Shown: positions 24,869 through 38,690, counted from the first letter of the stretch. The stretch: DNA of 64,000 bases from Octopus sinensis (GCF_006345805.1 NC_042998.1:143902001-143966000), one strand, 5' to 3'. A program made the numbers and translations. The notes: generated by a model not told the origin, from the letters alone.

Positions 24869-25430
24869 ACATTCTGGTGGTCATACAATTATAACTTTGT
24901 GTAATTCTAATTACTGTTAATAAGATTTAGCTGTCTGTCTATCTATCTGTGCATTTGTGTGTGTGCATGTATGCGAGTGCGTGTGTGTGTGTGTGTATGG
25001 TGTGTGTGGTGTGTGTGTGTGTGTGTGTGTGTTCCTAGTAACAGCCATGCACCTATGCCCATGCTGGGGCACAACCATATATAAGTTTAAGTGTCACTAA
25101 CAAAACTCTTGGACCACAAGTCCTGCTTGTAATTTTCCTGCCAATTATCAATTATCATTATCTGTGCATGTGTGTGTGTGTATGTGTGCTTGTGTGTATG
25201 TGTGCTTGTGTGTATCTGTATGTGTGTGTGTGTGTGTGTGCATGCATGCGTGTCTGTGTGTATACACACACATGCATTACACACACACACACATACACAC
25301 ACATATACATATATATATACACACACATGCATATATATATATATATATACATACACATGTATATATATATCTATAAATATATATACATACACACATATAC
25401 ATACATGTGTGTGTATGTGTGTGTGTGTTA
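22870..25430. repeat. Low-complexity block: GA-rich, CT-rich, (CAC)n, (CA)n, (GT)n, (TA)n
   Basis: Composition; ORFs here are biased-composition artefacts. Confidence 0.9.
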
Positions 25431-26149
25431 TTGTGTGAATAATCTTAGTCTTATATTTTATCTTTCTTTCTGTCTCTTGTATTATGGCTTTCTTTTAGTC
25501 TTATACTTTACACTACTATAACTTATCTTACAGTCAGTTTTCTCATAACCTATCACTTTACTCTTCATCTTTCTTCCTCGTATTTTTCACCCTTTTAGCC
25601 TCTTTCCTTCTTTCTCAGTTACCTCTTTTAACCTGTCCTGCCATTTTTACATTGAATTTTTCTCTTCCCTTCACTGTCACCACCATCAATCACTCACTCA
25701 CTCCTTTTCTCTCTCTCCCTCCCTCTCTCTCTCTCTCCCGCTCTCTGGACAACCACCATTATAGGCAATCATAAAACATCTTGGCTAAATGAATTGCAAT
25801 CAAGCACATATCACATGATCAAATTGTGATGACATAGCCACATCCCTTCCCCTCCTCCAACACCCTCTTACCATCTATTCATTGCACCCTCCACCATCAC
25901 CTCTATTACCCCTACACATCATCCTACCTCTTCACCAGTTCATCCATTATTTTACCAAAGTCATCTCCCACTACTACTCTTTTACTAAATATATTTCCTT
26001 CTTTTTCTTATACATAGTTATTAGGTTTGTTTATTGTTCTTTTTCTCCTACTGCAGCCTACACCTAATGTTTAAGTGTTGCCACTGCTGCTTTTCCTTCC
26101 TTCCATCTCTGTATCACTATCACTGTGTGCTTGCGCATATGTGTGTGTG

Positions 26150-27775
26150 TGTGTGTGGCTGTGTGATAAGAAACTTGCTTCCCAACCACATGGTTCTGGG
26201 TTCAGTTCCATTGTGTGGCACCTTGGGCAAGTGTCTTCTACTATAGCCTCAGGCTGACTAAAACCTTGCAAAGTGGATTTGGTAGATGGAAACTAAAAGA
26301 AGCCTGTCATATATATATATTGGGTCATCCCATAGATATGAACTAAAAGTCAGAGGATAAACTACCTGCATCAACTTGCTATAAAAGCAGATAGTAATTT
26401 TACCTTGTATTTATTCCTAGTGCAAGTTTTGAAGAGTGCAGTTCGATTTTAACAGTTATTTTTTCAAAGCTTTAATGGAAATGACAAAGAGCATATTCGG
26501 TATGTTTTGCTTTATGAGTTTAATAAAGGCAATAATGTAACAAAAAGTGTCAGGAATATTAACGCAGTATATGGGGATCAGACAATAAGTGTAAACCAGT
26601 GTCAATGATGGTTCCAGTAATTCTGAGCTGGAAACTACAGCCTAGAAGACAAGCTTCATTCTGGAAGATCTGTAGAGCTCGACGATGATGTCCTGCAAGG
26701 CCTGGTGGAACAAAATCCCATGGTAACTGTTGTGGAACTAGCAGAGAAGCTTAGATTTCATCATTCAACCATTCATCAACAACCACATGCTGTAAATTGG
26801 GCCAGTGGGTTCCTCACAAACTTTCCGAGTAATCACACGCAGAGAATAAATGTGTGCTTTTCTTTGCTGTCACATCTCACGAATAAACCTTTTTAGGACC
26901 AAATAGTTACTGGTGATGAGAAATGAGTTCTCTATAAAAATGTTAAATGCTGAAGACAGTGGGTAGGGAAAGAAGAAATACTGGCACCTCAGGATAAAGG
27001 TCTTCACCCATGTAAGAAGGTGTTGTTATCTGTTTGGTGGAAACTTTTAAACCTAAACCAAATGATTACAAAAGAGATCTACTGTGAGCAGCTTGAGCAA
27101 CTTAAGTCAGCGCTAGAAGGAAAATGACCATCTTTGGTTTCAAGACAAACAGCGTTCTTCCATCAAGATAATGCTCAGCTACATATAGCGAGGATGACGT
27201 TCAAAGGCTGGAGCAGTTTGAATGGGAAACGATGCCCCACCCACCATATTCGCCAGATATTGCCCCATCTGATTATCAGTTATTCCACACTCTTCAAAAT
27301 CATTTGAATGGAAAAAATATGAATTCTGTAGATGAGGTCTGAACAATACTGGAGGAGTATTTTTCTTCACGGACAAGTGAATTTTGGAAGATGGGCCTTG
27401 CAAGTCTACCAGACAGATGGAAGAGCATTGTATGAAATGAAGGAGAGTATTTTTAAATTAAAAAACAACTTTGTTTATCTTAATTTTGAAAAAAAGAGTA
27501 TAAAAAAACCACATTATTTATGCGATGACTCAATATATGTATATATTTATGTGTGTCCTTATGTTTGTATGTGTCTTCCACCATCGTTCGATAACCAATG
27601 TTAGTGTGTTTATCTCCACATAACTTAGTGGTTCGGCAAAAGAAATCAATAGAATAAGCACTAGGCTTATAAAGAATAAGTCCTGGGGTCAATCTCTTCG
27701 ACTAAAAAACCCTTTAAGGTGGTACTCCAGCATGGTCCCAGTCATATGACTAAAACAAGTAAAGGAATAAAAGAA
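26150..27775 (+). mobile_element. CORE-type SINE split by the second mariner (head 26150-26319, tail ~27534-27775)
   Basis: Collinear halves flanking the mariner at the central (TA)n. Confidence 0.85.
26320..27533 (+). mobile_element. Full-length decayed mariner (D,D34D), second family
   Basis: TIRs TTGGGTCATCCCATA / TATGCGATGACTCAA with TA flanks; IVTGDEK (~26902), HQDNA (~27160), HPPYSPDIAPSDY (~27238). Confidence 0.95.
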
Positions 27776-27794
27776 TAACAGAATATGCATATGA

Positions 27795-28168
27795 GTGGCT
27801 GTGTGATAAGTTTGTTTACTAACCACATGGCACCTTGGGCAAGTGTCTTCTACTATAGCTTCAGGCCGACCAAAGCCTTGTGAGTGGATTTGATAGACGG
27901 AAACTGAAAGAATCCCATTGTATATATATATATGTATGTGTGTGTATATGTTTGTGTGTGTATATGTTTGTGTGTGTGTGTGTTTGTCCCCACCCACCAT
28001 TGCTTGACAACCGATGCTGGTGTGTTTACATCCCCGTAACTTAGTGGTTAGGCAAAAGAGACCAATAGAATAAGTACTAAACTTACAAAGAATAAGTATT
28101 GGGGTCAATTTGCTCGACTAAAAGTAGTGCTTCAGCATGGCCACAATCAAATGACTGAAACAAAAAAA
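27795..28168 (+). mobile_element. CORE-type SINE with an internal deletion between two CATGG microhomologies
   Basis: aaccacatgg joins directly to caccttgggc; the B-box segment present in other copies is missing. Confidence 0.8.
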
Positions 28169-28198
28169 GATATATCTATATATCTATCTATCTATCTA

Positions 28199-28245
<47 letters not shown>

Positions 28246-28266
28246 TATATATATATAATGTATGTA

Positions 28267-28322
<56 letters not shown>

Positions 28323-28330
28323 GTATGGTA

Positions 28331-28367
<37 letters not shown>

Positions 28368-28378
28368 GTGTATGTATA

Positions 28379-28423
<45 letters not shown>

Positions 28424-28571
28424 GTGTGGATATGTATATATTATATATATATTATATATATATATATATATATAGTGTACACGCGAGTATGTCGATGTAT
28501 ATGTAGGTATGTAGAGTTATGTGGTGGCATGTATGTGTGTGTATATACAGATTGTAGATGTGTATATATAT

Positions 28572-28630
<59 letters not shown>

Positions 28631-28804
28631 TAATGTGTGTGTATATAATATATATATATATATATTATATATATGTATGTTGTAGGTATATAGAGTTATA
28701 CGTATGTGCATGTTGTGTGTATGTGTGCATATATGTAGATAGGTGTATATATGTGTATGTATATATATATATGTATATGTGTGTGTGTATATATGTGGTG
28801 TATG

Positions 28805-28889
<85 letters not shown>

Positions 28890-29118
28890 GTGTGTGTGTA
28901 TGTTTATATGAATGTTCCCGTCTGTATAAAGGTAACTGCATGTATATATACTTATTATTTATTACTTATTACTTATTTTTATTACTTGAGTATGCGTAGG
29001 TATGCATGTATGTATTTATGTGTATAAGGTGGCGCGTGAGTGTATGTATGTGTATGCACCTCTATAGAATATGTATACATTTATGCATGTACGTACTTAT
29101 GTGTATATACTTGTATAT

Positions 29119-29159
<41 letters not shown>

Positions 29160-29367
29160 TATATATGTATATATATGTATGTGTGTGTATATATATATAT
29201 ATATATAGATATATATATTATGTGTAGGTATATAGAGTTATACGTATGTGCATGTGTGTGTGTATGTGTGCATATATGTAGATAGGTGTATATATGTGTA
29301 TGTATATATATATGTTATAGTGTGTGTGTATATATGTGTGTTTATGTATATATATATATATATTGTG

Positions 29368-29405
<38 letters not shown>

Positions 29406-29742
29406 TATATATATATATATATTATATGTGTGTGTGTATGTTTATATGAATGTTCCCGTCTGTATAAAGGGTAACTGCATGTATATATACTTATTATTTA
29501 TTACTTATTACTTATTATTTATTACTTGAGTATGCGTAGGTATGCATGTATGTATTTATGTGTATAAGGTGGCGCGTGAGTGTATGTATGTGTATGCACC
29601 TCTATAGAAATATGTATACATTTATGCATGTACGTACTTATGTGTATATACGTGTATATATATATGTGTATATATATATATATATGTGTGTATGTGTATG
29701 TGTGTGTGTGTATGAGTATGTATGTATGTATACGCACATGTG

Positions 29743-29797
<55 letters not shown>

Positions 29798-29885
29798 ATG
29801 TATGTATATATATATGTATGTGTGTGAGTATGGTGGTGTATGTGTATGTATATATGTAGATATGTGTGTATGTGTATGTGTGGTG

Positions 29886-29943
<58 letters not shown>

Positions 29944-30153
29944 TATCGGAAGGTTTGGAGATGATGTACAGGTATTATATATTAGAAAAATTGAGGTAAT
30001 CAGATCAGATGGTTCATATTTGCAGATATTTATTTATATATTACATTTTTTACATATATATCATATCATATCATTCGGATTTCGGATTAGCGCTTGCTCC
30101 CATTTCAGATTAGCGCTTGCTCCCATATATATATATGTGAATGTGTGTGTATA

Positions 30154-30236
<83 letters not shown>

Positions 30237-30417
30237 AAGTGTGTGTATATATGTATGTGTAAGTGTGTGTGTATGTATGAGTATGTATGTATGTATGCAC
30301 ACATGTGTATAATATATATTATAATATATATGTGTGTATATGTGTGTATGTATATGTATGTGTGTGTGATATATATATATATGTGTGTGTGTGTGTATAT
30401 GTATATGTTTGTATATG

Positions 30418-30458
<41 letters not shown>

Positions 30459-30539
30459 GTGGTGTGTGTGTGTGGTATGTGTGTGTATGTATATGTATGT
30501 AATATATATATAATATATTATATATATATATATATATTT

Positions 30540-30720
30540 TTAATCCAAACGGGAAACAAAAAACAACAACAATGGAACAATTACAGTATTATTATTAATA
30601 GGCGCTCAGGAAAAGGAAGCAGGGAGGTATGACGTTTCGAGCGGAGCTCTTCGTCGGAAACATAAAGAAGGAAGAGAGAGAAAGAAAGATCCAGCGCGGG
30701 CAACAGGGAAAGATATATAA
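30540..30720 (-). mobile_element. Penelope-like terminal-repeat relic carrying a hammerhead motif
   Basis: Minus strand: CT-rich leader, hammerhead fold, then ttcctgagcgcc..aatac..aattgtt shared with 31260-31420, ending in (TA)n. Confidence 0.6.
30627..30661 (-). ncRNA. Minimal type I hammerhead ribozyme motif (decayed)
   Basis: GTTT-CCGACGA-A-GAGC tcc GCTC-GAAA-CG-TC-ATAC; U4C core change and one stem I mismatch. Confidence 0.5.
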
Positions 30721-31259
30721 TATATATATATATATAATATATATATATGTGTGTGTAAGTTTATATGTATGTATCGTCTGTATAATAGGTAACTGCACGT
30801 AAAAATATATACTTAATATTTATTATTTATTTTTTATTATTTATTTTTTGAGTATGCATGTATGTATATGAATAACTGCACGTATATATATTTTATTATT
30901 TATTTTTTGAGTATGCATGTAAGTATATGAACATAAGGAGGTGCGTGTGTGTGTGTGTATGTGTAAGCATATGTATAGATATATGTATACTTTTACGCAT
31001 GTGTGTACTTATGTGTATATATGGATGCGCGTGTGTGTGTGTGTATATGGGTACGCATGTATATGTGTATGTGTGTGTATGTATATGTGTATGTATGTGT
31101 GTGTGTATATATGTATATGTATGTATGTACATGTATGTATGTGTGTATATATATATATATATATATGTGTATATATATATATGTGTAGGAGTATATGTAC
31201 GTATATATATGTGTATGTATGCGCGTATATGTATGTATATGTATACGTGTGGGTGTGTG

Positions 31260-31420
31260 TATGTGTTTTTCTCTCTCTGTGTATCTTTCTGTTGAAGAGC
31301 GTAGGCTCGAAACGTTAAAGACTTGTTTATTTATATTTCCTGAGCGCCATACTAATACAATTGTTCGTTTGTTTTCCACCTGCCTTCGTCTTTTGTTTAT
31401 TTTCATAAAGCTTCCCGTTA
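31260..31420 (+). mobile_element. Penelope-like terminal-repeat relic carrying a hammerhead motif
   Basis: Same layout as 30540-30720 in the opposite orientation. Confidence 0.6.
31284..31321 (+). ncRNA. Minimal type I hammerhead ribozyme motif, variant core
   Basis: TCTTT-CTGTTGA-A-GAGC gtag GCTC-GAAA-CG-TT-AAAGA; 5-bp stem I, 4-bp stem II, palindromic ACGT in place of stem III. Confidence 0.55.
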
Positions 31421-31823
31421 TATATATATATATATGTATGTATTTGTATGTAGGTGTATATGTATGTGTGTATATATATTTATTGGTGTATATGTATGGA
31501 CTAGTCTTCTAAGCGTGTAGACATGAATCTGAAGGTACGCGTACGTATGTGTATATATGTGAATGTATGTAGATGTATGTATGTATGAATATAACGCGTG
31601 CGCGCGTGTATGTGTATGAGTGTACGAATGAGTGAGTGTGCGTGCTAATGAGTGTGCGTGAGTGAGTGCTGTCGTAGCCAAGATGCTTGTGACCCGCGGT
31701 CAAAGATAACAAAAGTAATAAATGAAGATAATAATAAAATTAAAATTAGGGAATGGGTTTGTATTTGTATGTATATGTGTGTATGTGTAGGTATGTATAG
31801 GTACACATATGTATATATATATG

Positions 31824-31856
<33 letters not shown>

Positions 31857-32018
31857 GTGTGTGTATATATGGACTTGTGTGTGCATGTGTGTATGTAGAT
31901 ATGTGTGTGTATGTGTGTATGTGTCTATGTGTGTGTATGTATATATTTTTTGTGTGTATATGTATGTGTGGGTGTGTGTGTATATATACATGTGTGTGTG
32001 TATATATGTGTGCATATG

Positions 32019-32059
<41 letters not shown>

Positions 32060-32199
32060 GTGTATATATACATATATGTGTATATATATATGTGTGTGTG
32101 TGTGTGTATGTATGTGTGTATGTATATGTGTGCGTGTGTGTGTATATATATACATATGTGTATATGTATAAGTGAGAATCTCCTTATTTACCTAAAACT

Positions 32200-32525
32200 C
32201 TATTCTTCTGTATATTTTCTATATATATTTTTTTTATTTTATTTTTATTTATTCTTTTATCTATTTTAACCACTGACTCCTTGACCACTCCCCCAAGTAT
32301 GATATTTTTGCGCTATGCCTACCCCCAAAAGTCCCCCACCACCACCCCTTTAAACCTGCCTAAATGTATAAATGCCAATACAATTCTTGTTAACTAGCTT
32401 CCTGATGATTTCTCTTGAATGAAACAGTTCTAGTCCTGTAGAAGCTCCTTCTATATAATAAATTAATTTACTCTGCTATGTATTGAGTACCTTATTTACT
32501 GTGGTTAACCCCGAATCAACCGGGA
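32200..32525 (+). mobile_element. Penelope-like terminal repeat (pLTR) relic
   Basis: TATAAA (~32367), hammerhead fold, AATAAA (~32458), ending in (TA)n. Confidence 0.55.
32396..32446 (+). ncRNA. Type I hammerhead ribozyme
   Basis: AGCTTC-CTGATGA-tttctcttgaat-GAAA-CAG ttctagtc CTG-TA-GAAGCT: perfect 6-bp stem I, canonical core, 4-bp stem III, GUA cleavage triplet; the stem II closing pair is degenerate. Confidence 0.7.
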
Positions 32526-32527
32526 CC

Positions 32528-32605
<78 letters not shown>

Positions 32606-32629
32606 ATAAATAAATATATTATTACATAC

Positions 32630-33659
<1,030 letters not shown>

Positions 33660-33742
33660 AGGGGGGAGGGGGGAAGGTGAGAGATAGATAGAGAGATAGA
33701 GAGATAGAGAGATAGAGAGATAGATAGAGAGATAGATAGATT

Positions 33743-33808
<66 letters not shown>

Positions 33809-33957
33809 CATATACAGGCATGCTTATGTAGTTAAGAAGCTTGCTTCCCAACCATATAGTCTTGAGTTCAGTCCCACTGCAGAGCACCTTGGGCCAGTAT
33901 CTTCTGCTACAACACCAAACAGACCAAATTTAGATGATAGAAACTGAAAGATGTTTC

Positions 33958-34013
<56 letters not shown>

Positions 34014-34053
34014 TGTGTGTGTTGTGTGTGTGTGTGGTGTGTGTGTGCATTTA

Positions 34054-34585
34054 CAGGGGTGGACAAAATAATGGAAACACCTTAAAATTTCAAACAAATT
34101 TATTTTAATATGGGGTAGGACCACCTTTGGCAGTAATTACAGCATGAATTCTACAAGGTATGGGCTTGTACAAAGTTTGAATTGTTTCCAAAGGAATTTT
34201 TGACCATTTTTCAGCTAAAACATTCTCCAGTTCTTGTGGTGATGATGGTGGAGGATATTGACTCCTAGTTTTTCAAAAATGCACCGTAAATGTTCAATAA
34301 TATTGAGATCTAGGGGGTGTGGTGGCCAGATAACATGTTCAACTTCACTAGAATGTTCCTCATGCCATTCAGTAACAACTTTAGCTGTGTGAATTGGTGC
34401 ATTATCATCCTGAAAGATTGCTTTTCCTTTCAGAAATAGTTCCGCAACTATAGGGTGAATTTGATCAGATAAAATTCTTAAACAGTCTTGACTATTAATT
34501 CTGCCATGAAGGGAAACCATTGGGCTAGTGGATTTCCAAGATATAGCACCCCAGATCATTACAGATCCTCCTCAATGTTTAACAG
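34054..34585 (-). mobile_element. Tc1 (D,D34E) transposon, 3' half
   Basis: TA|CAGGGGTGGACAAAATAATGGAAACAC TIR; MIWGAIS..FQDDNAPIH..WPPHPLDLNIIEHL. Confidence 0.92.
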
Positions 34586-34699
34586 TTGGAAGAAGGTTAG
34601 CACCAAAAAGGGCATCCAGCTGTAGAAAATCCACCTCAACAAATTCCATTCGACCCATGCATGCATGGAAAAGAGAATATATATGTGTTATATACATAC

Positions 34700-34985
34700 T
34701 CATAGGTTAGGGCATCCAACTCTCAATCGTAAGGTTGTGAGCTCAATACCTGACATCACATTGTGTCCTTGAGCAAGACTTTATATTTCATGTTGCTCCA
34801 GTCCACTCAGCTGGAATGTGACAAGACCAGCCTTGTCACATTCTGTGTCATGCTGAATCTTGTTGAAAAGTATGTGAAGGGTACACATGTCTGTGGAGTG
34901 CTCAGCCACTTGAGTGTTAATTTCACGAGCAGGCTGTTCAGTTGATCAGATCAACTGGAACATCAATTGTCGTAACTGACAGAGT
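34700..34985 (+). mobile_element. tRNA-derived SINE related to 38829-39079
   Basis: Shares ttgtgtccttgagcaa..catttcatgttgctccagtccactcag. Confidence 0.7.
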
Positions 34986-35309
34986 GTCCTATACACACAG
35001 ATTGCTACAGACAGCTAGAAAAAGGTATGGAAGTGTTATTATGAGTGGTAGTGAAATATGGAGAATGTATAGGATGAAGAGAGGCTATCTCTTCTCTCTT
35101 TCCTCTGTATCACTATCATCCTCTGTGTGTGTGTGTGTGTGTGTGCATGCATACACACATATTATAAATATAGGTAGAGCATAGTTTTGAAGCAGCTCCA
35201 GCTGACAACAATGTAGTAGGACATGAAGGCGGAGGAAAATGCTGGCCCTTCGACGATAGTCATTTGAAATGATTCAAAATGTCTGTGAGGTAGGATACAT
35301 GATAGTCAT

Positions 35310-37450
35310 AAACTTACATGAGTAAAGAAGAGAGGATATTACAGAGGCATCAAATTATCAGAGCAGGCTATAAAGGTTATGAAGAGAGGGATATCACAAC
35401 AGAGCCAGCCAAAACAAAGTTAATCTAGATGAGATGCAGTTCAGCTTCATGGCCAGTAGATGCAATCAAGCAAGCAAGACAACTGCAGGAGAAATACTTG
35501 GCTAAGAGTAAACTACTATATCTTGAATTCATTGAGGTGAAGGCCTTTGATAGAGTGTCACAGTCAGTAATTTGGTGCTCACTAAAGAAACTAGGTGTAA
35601 ATGAATGGCTTGTGAGGATGGTATAGGCTATATACAGGATGTTCAGGCAAAATTTGACAGCTAGCATAAAAAGAAAAAAAAACACATCCCATCCAAAAAT
35701 AAAATATTTTTTAAAAATCTGAAAATATCAACTAGATTATAGCTGGCAGATAACAGTTTACTCAGAGTAGCTGCCCACCAAAACAGCTCCAGAGCTTGGC
35801 ATATGCATCCTTCACTGTGTCTCTGGGAAGCTCTTCAAACACCTCCCTGATGTTGGCCACCAGCTTGACCTTGGTACTGCAAGTAGTGTAGTTGGTGTCT
35901 TTCTCAACTACGCTCTACACATAGTAATCCATGGGATTACAATCAGGGGAATTAAGAAGCCAGAAATTGGAGTTGGTAATGTCAAAACCACTCTGACTCT
36001 TTCCAGATATATGGCAAGGAATAGAATCCTGCAGCAACCTTCTCCAGCCAAGGATTGTTCACATAGCAATCTGAATAGAGCCTAAGGCCCTCTTCAAAGA
36101 TGTGTTTGATGAATTCCATTGTTTAGACACAGTTGAAACACCTGTTGTGTCCCTTCTTGCTGGTCACAGCTTTATAGACTCCATTGCAGCTGTCCATGTC
36201 ACATCTTTCAGCCTTTACAGTGTTCACAGAGAATTGCGTAGCAGTCATGATGTTGGCATTTTGATACCTGGTGCAAATCATCATGATTCAGGTATTTCTT
36301 TTCCAATATTCAGATGGTTTCCAGTCCTTCATGTCAGCTAACTTTTTATCAACTATATTATTCTTTATGCTCTCCAAAGCCATCGACTGTTTACCAATAC
36401 ATCAAGTTGTTCATGAAAAAAGTGGACATAAAACATTCTCAAATTCAGCCTGAACACTTTGTATAATGATGCAGTGAGATTCAATGAAAATTCAGCAACG
36501 AATTTAGTGTGAAGGTAGGAGTCTATCAAGGTTCAGTCCTCAGTCATCAAACAATTCATCATCTTCCTACAGATCATCACAGAGGAGTTTTGGATTGGAT
36601 GCCCATGGGAATTCCTATATGCTGATCTTATTCTTATAACTGAATTTATGGTGGAATCAGAAATGAAATTCCAGATAGAGAAACTAAATTTGGAATTGAG
36701 AGGCCTAATGGTAAATTTAGTAAAGATTAAGGTCTTAGTATGTAGAAGAGACGACAGGACCACTGAATTAATAGGGAAATAGCCTTGCTTGATATGGAAA
36801 GAAGGTGTAGGTAGGAACTCCATTTACTGTACCCAGTGTATGCTTTGGACACACAAGTGATATAGTGAAATCACAAGCAGGCTATCAGAGATGGTAAGCT
36901 CTGTGTGTGGTAGATGCGCTGGAACAATATGTACTAAGAACTCACTAAGTATACATTCTCTTAAATACCTGATGGGTTCACTAGAAGTAGTTGGTAGTCT
37001 TTCTAACTAGGATACATAATTAGCAGAAGAGTTGGTTTTTCAGAAAGTACAGTAGTATAGTAGTTGTACAAAAATGGGAAAGGTTCAGGGTACTATTATC
37101 ACTGCCGGCAACAAAGGTCTTCTCCTTCAGTGGTATTAAAATTGAAGAGCTGTATAGTTGTGAAACATGGATCTTTAATGCAGAAGACTTCTGAAGACTT
37201 GAAAGAAAAGAAACTAGCATGCTCTGATGAATATGCAATATTACTGTGCATGTATGCCAGAATACAAATTAGCTAAGAAAATTGGGTAAGAGGTTGCTGT
37301 GCTGGTATGAACATGTGATGCATATAGAGAGTGACTACTGTATAAGGAAATACTGAGCTTTTCAAGTTAGTGGAACTTGTAAAATTGGGAAGATGTAGGA
37401 AAAAGTGAGGAAGGTATGGCAAAACATACCTTGATATAAGGGCAGTGTTT
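35310..37450 (+). mobile_element. Decayed RTE RT-to-C-terminus fragment, split by the maT element
   Basis: YRGIKL, QLQEKYLAK, KAFDRV, LGVNEWLVR before 35634; continues NDAV..QGSVLS..CPWEFLYAD after 36462. Confidence 0.88.
35635..36461 (-). mobile_element. Internally deleted Tc1/mariner of the maT (D,D37D-like) type
   Basis: Imperfect TIRs CAGGATGTTCAGGCAAAATTTGA / TCAAATTCAGCCTGAACACTTTG with TA flanks; minus-strand LQDSIPCH..NSPDCNPMDYYV. Confidence 0.82.
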
Positions 37451-37929
37451 GAAGTTGTGATGTGTGTGTGTGCATATACACATATACATGCATAAGTGTG
37501 TGTGCATAAACATACATACATACATACATACATACATACTTACATACTTACATACATACATACATACATACATAAGTTTTGGAAAAAGCACAGGCATGGG
37601 AAGTCTAAAATGGCTGCCATTTAAGTAATGTCATTTTTCATATGCGATGTAGTGGTGTTGCAAAATTTGACTTATGCACATTAATTTCCATTATGTCCTT
37701 TATATTGTATCAAAATTTCATGCATTTATTTGTAAGGTTACAAAAGTTATTAAAAATTGAAACCATCAGTGACTTTTGGGACACTTTGTATATTGGTATA
37801 TGTTCCATGATAGAAAATTCAACAAAAAAGTACTCTATCTGGTGAGAGATAAATATTATTTATTTAAAGAGCACAATACATGTTTTTAAGTGCTACTAAT
37901 AGTTTCATATGTTGAGAAATACTCAAACA

Positions 37930-38270
37930 TATTCTTCAGGCACAAACCACATATCTCTCGTGGAGGCGCCATCCAACTAAAATGCAAATATATGGGAAAT
38001 TACCACCTGTGTCATCTCTTGTGAAGGGTAGGAGAGTCCAGTTTGCTGGACATTGTTGTAGAGCTGAAAAAGAAGTAATTTCTACTCTTCTCCTCTGGAA
38101 GCCATCTACTCGCAACACCAGAGGGCGCACACTCTCCTACCCTGTAATCTCCAGGGATACAGGCATCCAGCAACAGGACCTCCGTAATGCTATGATGGAC
38201 CGTGAAGTCTGGCACAACATGGTAAATTCCATTGTCTCGACCACGGTCGAACAATGATGATGATGATGAT
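37930..38270 (+). mobile_element. 5'-truncated RTE copy of a second lineage with (ATG)n tail
   Basis: QIYGKLPPVSSLVKGRRVQFAGHCCR..LRNAMMDREVW, then (GAT)n. Confidence 0.88.
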
Positions 38271-38407
38271 GACATATCATAACAAACTAAAAAAATATTG
38301 AATAATAGAAGAAACATGTAAAAACTGAGAAGGCAGCATATAGAAAATGCAAAAAATGTATTTCTTCTATTATTCAATTTCTTTTAGTTCGTTAGGATAT
38401 GTGGTTT

Positions 38408-38460
38408 GCACCTGAAGATATGTTTGAGTATTTCTCAACATATCAAACTGTTGGTAGTGC
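38408..38460 (+). ncRNA. Type I hammerhead motif (decayed) in a Penelope-like relic (~38275-38495)
   Basis: GCAC-CTGAAGA-TATGTTTGAG tattt CTCAACATA-tc-AAAC tgttg GTA-GTGC; G12 missing; followed by AATAAA and (TA)n. Confidence 0.45.
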
Positions 38461-38509
38461 TTAAAAACATGTATTGTGCCCTTTAAATAAATAATACATA
38501 TATATATGC

Positions 38510-38589
<80 letters not shown>

Positions 38590-38630
38590 TTATGTATATA
38601 TATATGTATATATATGTATATATATATATG

Positions 38631-38663
<33 letters not shown>

Positions 38664-38690
38664 GTATATATATATGTATATATATCTATA

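Noticed and set aside
35190-35290. GC-richer segment ending in GAG|gtagga as an exon
   Set aside because: Stops in all three plus frames and no recognisable product.
38416-38448. miR-190-like AGATATGTTTGA hairpin
   Set aside because: The match stops after 12 nt, the hairpin is too short for a pre-miRNA, and it is better explained as hammerhead stem II.
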